NCBI GenBank assembly: GCA_965240325.2
Contig: OZ251253.1
Span: 806,001 to 870,000, forward strand
Length of the DNA: 64,000 nucleotides
Reading direction: 5' to 3'
From: Rebecca billardiae RCC1528
Lineage: Eukaryota; Protista; Haptophyta
In this document: in pieces, positions 12,454 to 23,927 of the stretch
How positions within the stretch are numbered: the stretch's first letter is position 1
Layout of the letters: the number at the start of each line of letters is the position of its first letter
Position numbers and translations under genes: made by a program
The notes under the pieces: model-generated
The model's input: only the letters and a program-made list of their open reading frames with translations
What the model was told of the DNA's origin: nothing
Database searches by the model: none

Positions 12454-15400
12454 TAGGTGGGCCACTGGCGAAATTAGAATTGGAAAAATGTTTTTGAAGC
12501 TTGTTCAGCCGTCGGTTTAGCGCGGCATTTATCGCATTTTCTCGTGCGCCCGGATCACCGCGAGCGCGCGCCCGAGAGCACCGGATTGCCCCGATTGGAG
12601 ACGGCCGTCGAGAGGAGGAGGGCCAGGGCGACCTGGACGTGCGCGTCGTCGGCGGCGCGATGCGCGGGCATGCCGCGCTCGGCCGCCGCCGCGGCTGGGC
12701 CGGACGGGCAGGCTGGTCGTTCTCCCGGACTCCAACCGCCACCGCCGTTCAAATTTTGAACGGTGCCTCTGCGTTGACCAGTACACGACCGACCTCTTTG
12801 AATCGACATGTGCAACTTCCCCCAACCACGTGCTGCCGACGGCCAGAACGCGCTCGCGCAGTCGGCGGGGGCGGTCGCGCAGGATGTACCTGCTATCCCG
12901 GCCACGTCCATCACCTCGGAACCGGCCGCCGGCCCCGGCACCGCCGCCGCGCTGGCGGGCGGCACGGGCAACTCAAACGGGCCTGCCGGCGGCCCGCGCA
13001 CGGATGGAGCCACGCAGGGCTCGGACGACCTCGGCGAGCGCGCGCGCGTGGTGCTGCGCACGGCGCCGCTCCCCCAGCTTCGCTCCGGCGGGCAGCGCCC
13101 GCTCCTCGAGCTCGACTCCTCCTCCGCGCGCACGCTCTTGCAGGTCGTGAAGGGCATCTTCTCGAAGGACGGCTCGGATGAGTTCCTGCACGAGATCCGC
13201 GGGCACCTCGAGAAGCTGGGCGTGAGCTCGGCGCAAGTCGCACTGGCGATGATCGCGGCCGACGCTCTCGGCGCTCCCCTCGACAAGGTCATCGGCACGG
13301 GCGAGCCGGGCCCGTACGGCAAGCTCTGCTCGGTTGGCAAGTCGCTCGAGTCGGCGATCGAGCGGCACGAGCAGAAGCTGTCGGACATCGCGAAGAAGCA
13401 CCGCAAGCGCAAGGGGGCGGACAAGGAGGCGATGGACGCGGATCTCGCGGCGGCAGCCGCGTCCTTCAAGCACCCCTTCACGCGTGAGAAGTACGACGAG
13501 GCGGTGCGCGCGGCCGTCGGCCTCTCGAGCGCAGCGCGGTGCACGCCGCCAATGGCCTGGCTGCCGGCGCAGCAGTCGTCGTCGATCGGGGTCGCACGCG
13601 CTTCCGGGCGCAAGTCGTCGCCGGGCGAGGGCGCCGCGAGCGGGCTGCTCGCGCCGTCCGCCGTGAACAAGGCGCCGACGCCGCTCCCGGCCGTCAAGCG
13701 CGCGTTGACGATCTCCGAGGGCAAGAAGAAGGAGGAGCAGGCCGAGTTCCCGCTGCCGCTCCCCTTGTTCAACTGGGTGGCCGAGCTGGGGCAGGAGAAC
13801 GAGCGCGTGGCGGCCGCGGCGCGCAAGCTGAACGGGCTGCTCGACGAGGAGCGCGCAGCGCGCGCGGCCGAGTCCTCACGGCGGGAGCAGGCGGAGGCGC
13901 GCGTGCAGCGCGCAATGGACGACGCGGCCGCCGCGCGCTCGGCAGAGGCAAAGCGCACGGCGGCCGAGCTCAAGGCGGCGCGCTCGGCGACGAAGAAGGA
14001 GGAGCAGCTGCGAGCGACGGCGGTGGACGAGCGCGACTCGACGATGCTCGCAGCCTTCCGCAGCGACTCCAAGGCCGCCGAGTTCGAGCAGCGCGCCAAG
14101 AAGCTCGAGCAGGAGCTGAAGGACTCGACTGCGCGTGAGGCGGCGCTCGGCGCCGAGGTGAACGCCAAGGCGGAAGCGGAGGACGCGCGGGTCAAGGAGG
14201 TCGACAGGCTGAAGAAGGAGAACGTGGGGCTCCACAAGTTTGCGGCGGAGCAGATCGCGCTGCGTCAGGTCGCGGAGGCCCAGGCGCAGACGGCGACGGC
14301 CGCGTCCGCTTTGCTGACGGCGCGCGCGGAGCAGGCGGAGCGGCGGCTGGCGAGCGTGCGCAGCGAGCTCGCCGCAGCGACGAGCCGCGCCGAGACCGCC
14401 GAGCAGAGCGGGCGCGAGCGCGACCAGAAGGTGTCGGCGCTGACGACTCAGGTGGAGGCGCGTGCCCGGCTCCGCGACCCGAGTACGCAGGCCGCCGCGC
14501 TGCTCGACAAGACCAACCGCCTCGAGATCCAGCTGAGCGCGGCACACGAGCAGGCGGCTCGCGCGGAGACGGCGGCACAGCGCGCGGTCAAGTCGGCGGA
14601 GCACAAGCTCAAGGAGGACAAGCGGCAGAACCGGCTGACCGCCAAGAAGGCGAAGAACGGCGCGAAGGTGCTCGTGCACGCGGCGCAGGCTCTGCAGCGC
14701 GCCGCTGTGAAGGAGAAGAACGACGAGTCGAGTCTCAGCCGAGCCCACGCCGCGACCCTCCAGGCCGAGCTCGAGAAGGGCCGGCTCGCGGTGCGCACGA
14801 TCGTCCAGCTGAGGGCGGAGCTGGCGGAGGCGCGCCGCATCACGCACCCGAACGCGGCCGAGATGCGCCGCAGAGGTGCGTGCGCGTGCGCGTCGCCGGC
14901 GCGCGCCCCGCGGATGGTCCGCACCCGTCGTGCCGAGCCCCGCGCTCGGCGCGCGCTCGCCGCGGCCGAGCGCCGCGGCCGAGCGCGCCGCGAGGCCGCG
15001 CGTGCCGAGCGCGCCGCGCCGCGCGCGCGCGCGCGCGCTTGTGCACAGCCGTCTGACGCCAACCCTGCCCGCCCACGGCGTGCCCACGCCCACTGCCTCG
15101 CGGCTGTGTGCCCGCGTCGCCATCCGCAGCTGCCGAGATCGACGCCGTCTACATGGAGATGCTCACACAGAAGGGCTTCTCTCCTGCGCACTGCGTGTAC
15201 GCGGTCGAGCGCGTCGTCGAGCGGATCGCCAAGGTGACGCTGCCCGTCAAGTACTTCAAGGGGAAGCGGCTCAAGATGGGCCTTCGGCAGCGCACTTCGG
15301 TGCAAAGCCTGCGCAGCGTCGCCGACTCCTTCTGCGACATCAAGAACGGCCTCGAGGCGGCGGACGCCGTCATCCAGGCGAAGCGAGCCCGCCGCCCTGT

Positions 15401-18400
15401 CGCCGTCTCGATCGGCGAGGACGACGGCAGCTGCGCCGGCCGCCACATGAAGGTAGTCGTCGCGGACTTCGGCCAGGGCCCGAGGGTGGTGGACGTGGTA
15501 CCGATCACCGGGCGCGAGACGGCCAAGGAGGCGGCCGTGTTCATCCAGAGCGCCTTCTCCAACCTCAACAAGGCCACGGACACGCTGCTGAAGCACTGCC
15601 GTCTGAGCGAGACGGAGTTCACCGAGGTGCACGGAATCGATCTCGACGCGGCGGAGGAGACCTTCATCGGGCTGTGGGTCGTCACGCAGGCCGTGACCGA
15701 CTCTGCGAGCGTCGCCCAGGCCACCGTGCGTGCGACCGAGGACCTCAAAAGGATCGAGTCGATGGAGATTGAGATGAACTGCATGCGCGAGCGCGTGCTG
15801 AGCGGCGTGCTCGGTGACGACGACGTCGCCGAGGGCAAGAAGCCGTTGGTCCTGCTGGCGGCCAACGTCGCTGACGACGGGCGCGTGCGCATCGACCTGA
15901 AGGCGTTTCAGTTCCCGGAGGCGCCCGAGGCCACCGACGACATGGTGACCGACGATGAGCAGCACGAGCAGCGCCGGGCCGCCGACTCCGCCGCGATCCG
16001 AGTCGAGTATGACGGCGCGTGGGAGAGGACGATCAAGGCGATGACCGAGTGGCAGCGGCACAAGACGCCGAAGCGGTGGCAGCGGGTGCTCGAGTCCATC
16101 GAGTACATCAATTGCCTCCTGCACGCGTGCGTGCACGCCGTCAACGAGGGCTCGGACGCGGTGGAGGAGATGCTCCGCGAGGCGCTGCCCGCTGGCTTCA
16201 TCGACGCGCGCTACACCGAGCTGTCGGGCTCGGCGCCGTCGGCCACCAAGGACGGCAAGGTGAAGAAGGACAGCGGCGGCTACTCCCTCCGCAGCCGGCC
16301 GCTCAACCACCTCATCCACGCGATGACGAAGATGTTCGCGCAGGTGGCGACGAAGGACTGGAGCCAGTACAAGGAGTTCGTGCAGTTCGTCATGAACCGC
16401 TACCCGGAGAAGACGGACAAGGAGATCCGCTCGCTGTGCCGCGGCCTCGGCCGTACGTGTGGAGCGCGCGGCGGCTCGACCACGCTCAACTGCACCGCCG
16501 CCTGCCGCCTCGCGCCGCTTTGGGTCGAGTACACGGAGTGGCTGATGCAGCAGCCGAAGAAGACGCTCTCCGCCACGCACAAGTACATCTACAAGTGCCT
16601 CAAGCAGCCCGAGTACATGGCCGCCATCTACGCCAAGGGCGTGTGCGGCCCGTCGCTCTACGTGCAGACGCTCGCCGCGTTCGAGCGCGTGCAGAAGGAG
16701 CGCACCATGGCGACCGAGCTGCCCAAGATCTGCCAGCGCGTGTACGAGTTCTGCAAGTCTGTCGCCGCGGACCCGATGCCGTTCATGCGCCGCGAGGTGA
16801 CGCTCTTCCCGAACCAGCCGCGCAACAAGCAGGTGGACGAGCTGCTGTACGAGAAGTGCCACCCGTGGCGGCAGGGCGCGCACCGGACCGTCGAGTGCTG
16901 CGACGAGCTGGTCACGAAGATGGTGGGCGCCTTCCACGGCGGCTTCGCCAAGAAGTTCAACCACTTCACCGTGCGCTGGCAGAAGGAGCTCGCGGACCCC
17001 GAGGACCCGCTGCGCGAGCACCTCGGCAAGCTGTGCGACCTCGACAGCACTAGCAAGGATGCGATGAGGAACGGCGTGTGCACGGGCTCGGCCTTCGAGC
17101 GTCCGATGGGCATGGCGGCCGAGAAGCGCAAGCGAGCGCTCACGCTGACGAACGCGAACATCTGCCACCTTGTCAAGGCGTCGGCCAACAAGGTGGGCAC
17201 GTGGGCGCTGGACGAGCTCGAGGCCAAGCTGCTACCGGTGGCGATGCAGGCCGCGAAGGAGCTCAGCGCGTACAAGCGCGCGATCTACCCGACCGAGCTG
17301 AGCCGGTGGCGCGCGGATCTCGCCAAGATCTTGCCCGAGATCGAGGCCGGCATCGAGCGGCGCGACGCGGCGGAGAAGTCGAAGGCCGACCGCGAGACGC
17401 GCATCCGCGAGGAAGTCGCGCCGACGCGCTTCAGCTCGTGGTCGCAGTGCCTCGAGTGCACGACGAAGGAGCTGATCGATCAGATCCAGGTGTTCGTGCT
17501 GATCGACGGGAACAAGTCGGCGCCGACCAGGTGGTCAATGTCGAAGGAGGACGCGATGATCGCGCTGGCGAAGCTGCTCGAGGAGAAGTACGCGCAGCCG
17601 GCGCGCGACTGCCCGTATGAGCAGCTGCTGGCGGCCGCCGAGGTGCGTGTGGACGCGAGCGCGCGCGCGCGCTATCACCGTGCGCGCCGACCGCGCGGCA
17701 GCGCGATACGAGCGATCGACAACTCACGTGCGCGCCGGCCGCGCCACCTGCGCCGACTATGGCTACGTGCGCGCAGGCGAAGGCGAGGCGCAGCCCTGAG
17801 GCTGGGTCCGAGCCGCCGAGCAAGAAGAGGAAGAAGTCCAAGACCAAGACTCGCGTGGCTGCCGAGGATGAGCATGAGGTGCGCGGCCTGCACGGCTCTC
17901 GTGTCGTGAAGCGTGTCGTCGAGTCGACGCGCGAGCGGCTCGTGGTCGAGGCGCTGGTGAGCTGGGTCGCGACGCACGGGGTGCACTGGCCGGCGAGCTG
18001 GGAGCCCATCACGATGTTTCCGTTTGGCCCGGATAACGACGAGATGCTCAACGAGTGTCTCATCGTGGACGAGGAGGATGAGAGCGTTCTCGCGCAGGAC
18101 GACAAGGTGAACAAGCTGATCGCCAAGCCGCCTGCGGTCGGGGAGCGCTTCGTCTTCAACCTCGTCACCGGCGGCTGCTCGGCGGGCGTCGTCCTTGCCG
18201 TCTCGGACGACTCGGTCACGCTGCACATCGCTGCGGGCCCCGAGCCGGTCAAAGTCCCACGCGCCAACATCGTGAGCGCCGCGCCGGGGCGCGCGCTCGC
18301 GGTGAGCAAGGGCAAGTACGTCCGCGCGCTGCTGCACAGCGGGTGCGAGGGCAAGGAGGCCCGGCGGAGCTGGGTCTATGGCACGATCGTGGGCGTGCTC

Positions 18401-18730
18401 ACCGGCGGCGAGATCGCCTCCGTCAGGTTCGAGCGCGAGCGGGCACCGACGGCCATGTGCGTGTACGACCTGCAGGACGCCGAGACGCGCGAATGGCTGG
18501 CGTGACGCGTGTCTCCCGGGAGCCACTCGGCCTCGGGCAGTGCCGTCGAGCGCGCGCGTGTGTCGGGGGGTCAATGTTGGCGGCGGATATCGCTCTAGCA
18601 GCCCTGGGCCACCTCTTAGGACCCCCTGAGACCGAAAGTAGTGAGAAACCGACCGTCAGGCATGTACCTAGGCGTCCGCGGATATAATATATCTGATGGC
18701 CAGGGCCCCGGAGCCAGTGCGGCCCACCTA
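12454..18730 (+). mobile_element. Autonomous-looking hAT-like DDE DNA transposon (6.3 kb)
   Basis: Imperfect TIRs TAGGTGGGCC--ACTGGC (12454) and GCCAGTGCGGCCCACCTA (ends 18730). TCACGG is present at 12445-12450 and 18731-18736. The left flank ccgtcaggccgactcacgg continues as the downstream repeat unit. The element encloses a transposase gene. Confidence 0.8.
12808..18505 (+). CDS. ~1769-aa DDE transposase (hAT-like, CxxH) with N-terminal coiled coil, SAP-like segment, chromodomain and Tudor-like domain; exons 12808-14875, 15130-17642, 17777-18505
   Basis: Introns GT14876..AG15129 and GT17643..AG17776 join three ORFs in frame (5310 nt). Motifs SIGEDDGS, AVTDSASV, NCLLH and FERPMG fit D, D, CxxH, E. 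Chromo-like VKRVV..EALVSW..SWEP. Tudor-like KGKYVRALL..WVYGTIVGV..ASVRFE. Confidence 0.8.
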
Positions 18731-19110
18731 TCACGGCGGCGTCACTCTGGTCGCCGGGTATCGGCCGCGATTAGCTAGTAGTGAGACTACTAGTAGTCTC
18801 ATTACTAGCTGTCTGACTATAGGGGGACCGGTCCCCTCCGGACCCCCTATAGGGGGTCCGTCAGGCCGACTCACGGCGGCGTCACTCTGGTCGCCAGGGT
18901 ATCGGCCGCGACAGCTAGTAGTAGTGAGACTACTAGTAGTCTCATTACTAGCTGTCTGACTATAGGGGGACCGGTCCCCTCCGGACCCCCTATAGGGGGT
19001 CCGTCAGGCCGACTCACGGCGGCGTCACTCTGGTCGCCAGGGTATCGGCCGCGACAGCTAGTAGTAGTGAGACTACTAGTAGTCTCATTACTAGCTGTCT
19101 GACTATACGG
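18731..19110. repeat. ~2.6 tandem copies of a 140-143-bp palindrome-rich unit upstream of the tRNA
   Basis: TCACGGCGGCGTCACTCTGG starts at 18731, 18871 and 19014. Internal palindromes AGCTAGTAGTGAGACTACTAGTAGTCTCATTACTAGCT and GGACCCCCTATAGGGGGTCC. Confidence 0.9.
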
Positions 19111-19136
19111 GACCGGCCCGCCGGCACCCTCCGTGC

Positions 19137-19218
19137 GGTACCATGGCCGAGCGGTCCAAGGCGGCAGGTCCAGGTCCTGTTCTCTTCGGAGTCGCAGGTT
19201 CGAATCCTGCTGGTGCCA
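19137..19218 (+). tRNA. trnL-CAG: tRNA-Leu (anticodon CAG)
   Basis: Acceptor GGTACCA/TGGTGCC plus discriminator A, D arm GCCGAGCGGTCCAAGGC, anticodon arm GCAGG-TCCAGGT-CCTGT, long variable arm, T arm GCAGG-TTCGAAT-CCTGC. Confidence 0.93.
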
Positions 19219-19220
19219 CA

Positions 19221-19226
19221 TTTTTT
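19221..19226 (+). terminator. RNA polymerase III oligo-T terminator
   Basis: TTTTTT beginning 3 nt after the tRNA discriminator base. Confidence 0.8.
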
Positions 19227-20098
19227 CCTCGAGCCCAGGTGCGACTGTGCTGCTCTTTTTGCGCGCGCGCGTGCGCGCGCATGCGCTTTTTGCGCGCGCC
19301 CGCGCTGCTGTGCACTGGTCGCGCGCGCTCTCCGCTCGCTCGTTCAGACGTACGTCGGCGCGGGCACGACGGCCGACGACGCTCCCGTCAATCGTCCCGG
19401 TCGGGAGGCCAGCGTCGCGCGCTCGCCTCATCCGCTCAAAGAGGGCCATGCGGTCCGGGACAAGCCGGCGCGGGGCGGTCGGTCGCCCGCTCGACCGTGC
19501 TACACCTGCATGCTGCGCCATTTGGTTGGGCCCGCTGCCCAGGCTGCTTGCCAACTCGTCTGCGTGCGGGCCCCGCTGCGAAGTGATAGTCGCGGCTGGC
19601 CGACTTGATGCAGTCAGGCGGCTCGGGCGGCGAGTGGCAGCCCGTCCGAGCCCCCCCTGGCGCGGCGCAGGAGCACGCGGGCCATCACGGCCGAGCACGG
19701 TCACGTCGCCCCATGCGTTGCCCTTCAGCAGCTCTTCCTGCCCGGCCAGTCGTCGCCTCCGCAGGCTGCGGCTTGGACCCGTCCGGCGGCGCGACCGGGC
19801 CCGCGCGCCGGGCCGCACCGCTCCGGGGAGTGCACACACAGTCTGAGTCGCGTCGAGACTCGAGTGGGCAGCGGGCGGGCGGGCCGGAGCGGGCGTGACG
19901 CCGAAGAGCTGCCTACGCCATGCGCGCAGCCGCGGCTGCTCCCCAGCTCGCTCGTGCGAACGAATGTCGCGTGCGTGTTGCCGAGGGGGAGGCTTGGCGG
20001 GCTGTGGCGGGAGCAGCGGTCCGGCAGCGGCACTTGTTTGTTGCCGGTCCGGGGCCACCGGCCACGGGCCGACGCGCGCAAGACGTGAGTTTGGAGGG

Positions 20099-22024
20099 AT
20101 GGGCGACGAGGGCGACGCCGCGCTCGTGGTCGACGACGCGCGCGCGTCGGCGCCGCGGTTCGGCGAGGCGTTCGGCGGCGCGCGCGCATGCGCCGCCTCC
20201 GCGCCCGCCGCCTTCTTCGACTGGCTCCTCGCGCCGGCCTCGTCGCGCGAGTTCGAGCGCTCGTGCTACGAGCGGCGGCCGCTGCTCGTGCGCCGCGCCG
20301 ACCGCGGGTACTACGATGGGCTGTTCGCGCCGGCGGACATTGACGCGGCGCTGCGCGCGGGGTCGGTGCGGTACACGCGCGACCTCGACCTCACGCGGTA
20401 CACCGCCGACGGCGGGCGCGAGACGCTCAACCCGCGCGGCGGCGACGGCGACGCCGAGCCGCCGGCGGCGGCGGCGGCGGACGTGTGGGGCGCGCACGCG
20501 CGCGGCTGCTCGGTGCGGCTGTCGTGGCCGCAGCGCATCGCTGAGCCCGTCTGGCGCGCGTGCCACCTGCTCGACGAGCACTGGGGCGGCGTCTCCGGCG
20601 CGAACGCGTACCTGACCCCTTCGGGCTGCCGCGGGTTTGCGCCGCACTGGGACGACGTCGACGCGTTCGTGCTACAGCTGGGCGGGAGCAAGGCGTGGAG
20701 CGTGCACCCGCCGAGGGGGCGGGGTGAGGCGCACCCGCGCGCGTCCTCGCCCAACCTGCGCGAGGCCGCGCTCGCCCCCGCCGCGCTGCGCGTCACGCTG
20801 CGCGCGGGCGAGCTGCTGTACCTGCCGCGCGGCTGGGCGCACCACGCGGCCACGCCGACGCGCGACGCGGCCGGCGGCGGCGGCGGCGGCTCCGCGGCGT
20901 GCGGCGGCGCGTGCGCGGACGTGCGCGCGGCGGAGGGCTCGTCGCTGCACCTCACGCTCTCGGTCGGCCAGCGCGTCGCGTGGGCCGACTTTGCCGACGC
21001 GCTCTTTGCGCGCGCCGTCGAGCGCGCCGCCGCGGCGCGCCCGCGCTGGCGGCGCAACCTGCCGCGCGGCTGGGAGCGCTGCCTCGGCCTCGCGCACGCG
21101 CCGCCGCCCGGGCCCGCCGAGGCCGAGGCGGCGGGCGCGGGCGCGGGCGCGGCGGCCGAGCCGGCGGACGCGGCGGAGGGCGAGGCGGCGGGCGAGGCGG
21201 ACGGCGGCGCGCGCGCCAAGGCGCGCCGCCGCGCGGCGCTCCTCGCGCGCGTGCGCGCGCTGATCGCCGACGTCGCGGCCGCCGCCGCCGACGCGGCCGA
21301 CGACGCGGCCGACGCGCTCGAGGCGGCGCAGCTCGCGGGCAGGCTGCCGCCGCCGCCGCCGCCGGGCGGGCGGGTGGGCGCGTGGCGCGCGCCGGCGGCG
21401 GAGGCGTGGGCCGAGGCGAGCGCGCAGGGCGAGGCCGAGGCGCGGCGCGTCTCCCTCGGCTCGCAGCTCCGGCTGCGCTGCCGCGGCTGCGCGCGGCTGC
21501 TGGTGGCGCCGGGCGCGCCCGCGGCGGACGCGGCGCTCGACGGCGGGGGGCCGGACGGCGCCGGCGCCGAGCCGGCGGCGGTGCTCCTGCACTCGCTGGC
21601 GAACACGCGCGTGCACCGCGCGCTCGACGCGCCCGCGCAGCTCGAGTTTGCGCTGCGCGCCGCGCCCGCGCTCGAGGCGCTGCTCACGCGCTACCCGGCC
21701 GCGCTGGGCGTCGCGCAGCTGCCGCTCGGCGCGGACGAGGACGAGGCCGAGGCCGAGGCTGCGGAGGCGGAGGCGGAGGAGGGGCCGGAGGCGGCGGCGC
21801 GGCGCGCGGCGGACGACGAGGTGCGGCTCGACGTCGCGCGCGCGCTCGTCGAGGCGGGCGTCGCGCTGCACCGCCGCGCGCCGCCCGGCTCGGCCGCGGC
21901 GGCGGCGGCGGCGCCGCCGCCGCGCCGGCCGTCGCAGCCGGCGGCGCAGGCGCAGCAGCAGCCGCTGCAGCCCGCCAGGAAGAAGCGCAAGAAGGCGGCG
22001 GCGGCGCGCCGCGCCGGCCAGTGA
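20099..22024 (+). CDS. RIOX1: JmjC/cupin_4 ribosomal oxygenase (NO66/RIOX1-like)
   Basis: ANAYLTP..GFAPHWDDVDAFVLQLGGSKAW, GELLYLPRGWAHHA and SLHLT (HxD...H Fe(II) triad); C-terminal NLS-like RKKRKK; ATG at 20099. Confidence 0.85.
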   Translation: MGDEGDAALVVDDARASAPRFGEAFGGARACAASAPAAFFDWLLAPASSREFERSCYERRPLLVRRADRGYYDGLFAPADIDAALRAGSVRYTRDLDLTRYTADGGRETLNPRGGDGDAEPPAAAAADVWGAHARGCSVRLSWPQRIAEPVWRACHLLDEHWGGVSGANAYLTPSGCRGFAPHWDDVDAFVLQLGGSKAWSVHPPRGRGEAHPRASSPNLREAALAPAALRVTLRAGELLYLPRGWAHHAATPTRDAAGGGGGGSAACGGACADVRAAEGSSLHLTLSVGQRVAWADFADALFARAVERAAAARPRWRRNLPRGWERCLGLAHAPPPGPAEAEAAGAGAGAAAEPADAAEGEAAGEADGGARAKARRRAALLARVRALIADVAAAAADAADDAADALEAAQLAGRLPPPPPPGGRVGAWRAPAAEAWAEASAQGEAEARRVSLGSQLRLRCRGCARLLVAPGAPAADAALDGGGPDGAGAEPAAVLLHSLANTRVHRALDAPAQLEFALRAAPALEALLTRYPAALGVAQLPLGADEDEAEAEAAEAEAEEGPEAAARRAADDEVRLDVARALVEAGVALHRRAPPGSAAAAAAAPPPRRPSQPAAQAQQQPLQPARKKRKKAAAARRAGQ

Positions 22025-22277
22025 CGCGCCAGTGCTGCTGCTGCCGTCCGCGACGCGTGATGCACATGATACATACATGCAAGTGGCGACAATGCGACTG
22101 ACCATCGTCCGAGGAGTCGTGAACAACGATGACGACGATATGACTAATAGTGAGCGGACAGCAGTGGTGAGACGTGCCTTAGCGCCAATAGTGCCGCGGC
22201 ACCCGCCGCCGTGTCGGGGCACGGTCACGCCTCACGGACGGGCGGCCGGAGAGTGACGACAGCATCGCGGCCCGCCG

Positions 22278-22604
22278 TCAGCTGCTGCTGCCCACCTGCT
22301 CGGCGCGCGCGGCGGCGGTGAGCGCGGCGACGTCGACGACCTCCTCGTCGCCGCCCGCGCGCACCAGCGTCAGCGTGCGCCGGTCGGGCGCGAGCCGGCC
22401 GTCGACGACGCCGTCCGCGCCCGCGCCGCGGCCGTCCGCGCGCGCGAGGTAGCGGCCCGCCCAGCGCGCGACGTCGGCGCCGTCGACGACGAGGCGAAGG
22501 ACGACCGTCACGCGCCGCGCACCGCCCGGCGCGCCGTCCTCGTCCACCTCCTTCCACAGGTCCACGCCGCGGCCGCCCGCCTCGTCGGGCAGCCGCGCCG
22601 CCAT
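22278..22604 (-). CDS. Small hypothetical protein (108 aa)
   Basis: MAARLPDEAGGRGVDLWKEVDEDG... has protein-like composition and GC3-rich codons; divergent from the 22759 gene. Confidence 0.55.
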   Translation of the reverse strand: MAARLPDEAGGRGVDLWKEVDEDGAPGGARRVTVVLRLVVDGADVARWAGRYLARADGRGAGADGVVDGRLAPDRRTLTLVRAGGDEEVVDVAALTAAARAEQVGSSS

Positions 22605-22758
22605 CGTGCCCGCTCGGGCACGAGGGCTGGAGGAAGGCGGACCGTTGCCGGCCCGGGCGGTGTATTGGCGCTTTTGGGGCCGCGCGCAATATTCAAATGG
22701 GCAGCGGCCGCGCGCAAACCGGCGGCGCGAGCGAGCAAGGCAGCACCGAGCTGCAAGC

Positions 22759-23694
22759 ATGCCCCCCCCGCCGCAGCGTCGGGCGGGCGCGGCGGCGCTC
22801 GCGGCGGCGGTGCTGCTCGGCGCGCGCGGCGCGGCGGCGCTCACCACGTCGGCCGCCACGCCCGAGCAGCTCGCCGCCGCGCTCGTCGGCCGCGGCCTCG
22901 CGCTCGTGCCCGGCAGCGCGCGGCTGGAGGCGGGCGACGCGCACCAGCTGGCGCTGTACAACGCGAGCGGCCGCGACGCGCCGTGGGGGCCGTCGGGCGT
23001 GCTGCTCAGCTCGGGGTACGCGGCGGACGCGGCGGGGCCGCCGAAGACGCTCGAGCTCTCGGGCACGCTCGACGCCTTCGGCCCCGCCGACCCGCGCGCG
23101 CCGCGCGACCGCGCGGCACTCTCGTTCCGCGTGCGCACCGCCGACGACGCGGACGCCGAGGCCGGCGGCGGGTGCGCGGGGCGGTGCGCGCGGCTGGGCG
23201 TGGCGTACACGCTCGCGTCGGAGGAGTTTGACGAGGCCGCCGCGCCGCAGCAGCCGCCGTCGCCCGCCGCCGAGGCGGACGGCGGCGGCGGCGACGGGTG
23301 CGCGCTCGAGGTGGGCGGCGTGCCGCTGCTGCGCGCGACCGTCGGCGGCACGGCCGCCGCCTCGGTGACGCGCAACGGCGCGGGCGCGTACGCGATCGGG
23401 TACACGGCGTTCACGCGGCAGGCGGCGGCGTCCGGCCTCGTGCCCCTCCCGCCGCGCCCGCCCTCGCCGCCGCCGCCGCCGCCGCCCGCGCCGCCGCGGC
23501 CGCCGGGCGTCGCGCCCGCCGCGCCGCGCGCGCCGCCGCGCCGCGCGCGCCCGCCGCCGCCCGTCGAGCTGAGCGTGACGCTGAGCGTGTGGGACGGGAA
23601 CGGCGACTCCGTGCTGGACAGCGCGTGCCTCTTCCGCGCGCACTCGCTCGCGCGCGCGCCGCCGCCCTCGGCGCACGGCGAGGCCGGCGGCGGC

Positions 23695-23767
<73 letters not shown>

Positions 23768-23889
23768 ATGGCGACGCAGAGGGCGACAGCGGGGGCGGCC
23801 CGCTGGCGGGGATGCGCGCGGTGGGGCGCGACGCGCTGGCCGGGCTGCGCAGCGCCATCGCCTCGCTCGGCGGCTCCGACGGCGGCTCG

Positions 23890-23927
<38 letters not shown>

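Noticed and set aside
18731-19110. CRISPR-like or guide-RNA array beside a large nuclease-like gene
   Set aside because: Units are whole-length duplicates without variable spacers, and the adjacent protein has DDE/CxxH rather than RuvC/HNH motifs.
19137-19218. CUG codon reassignment (Ser/Ala) through the unusual CAG tRNA
   Set aside because: Discriminator A73 and a Leu-type body; CTG occurs at conserved Leu sites in FabZ (LPHRYPFLL).
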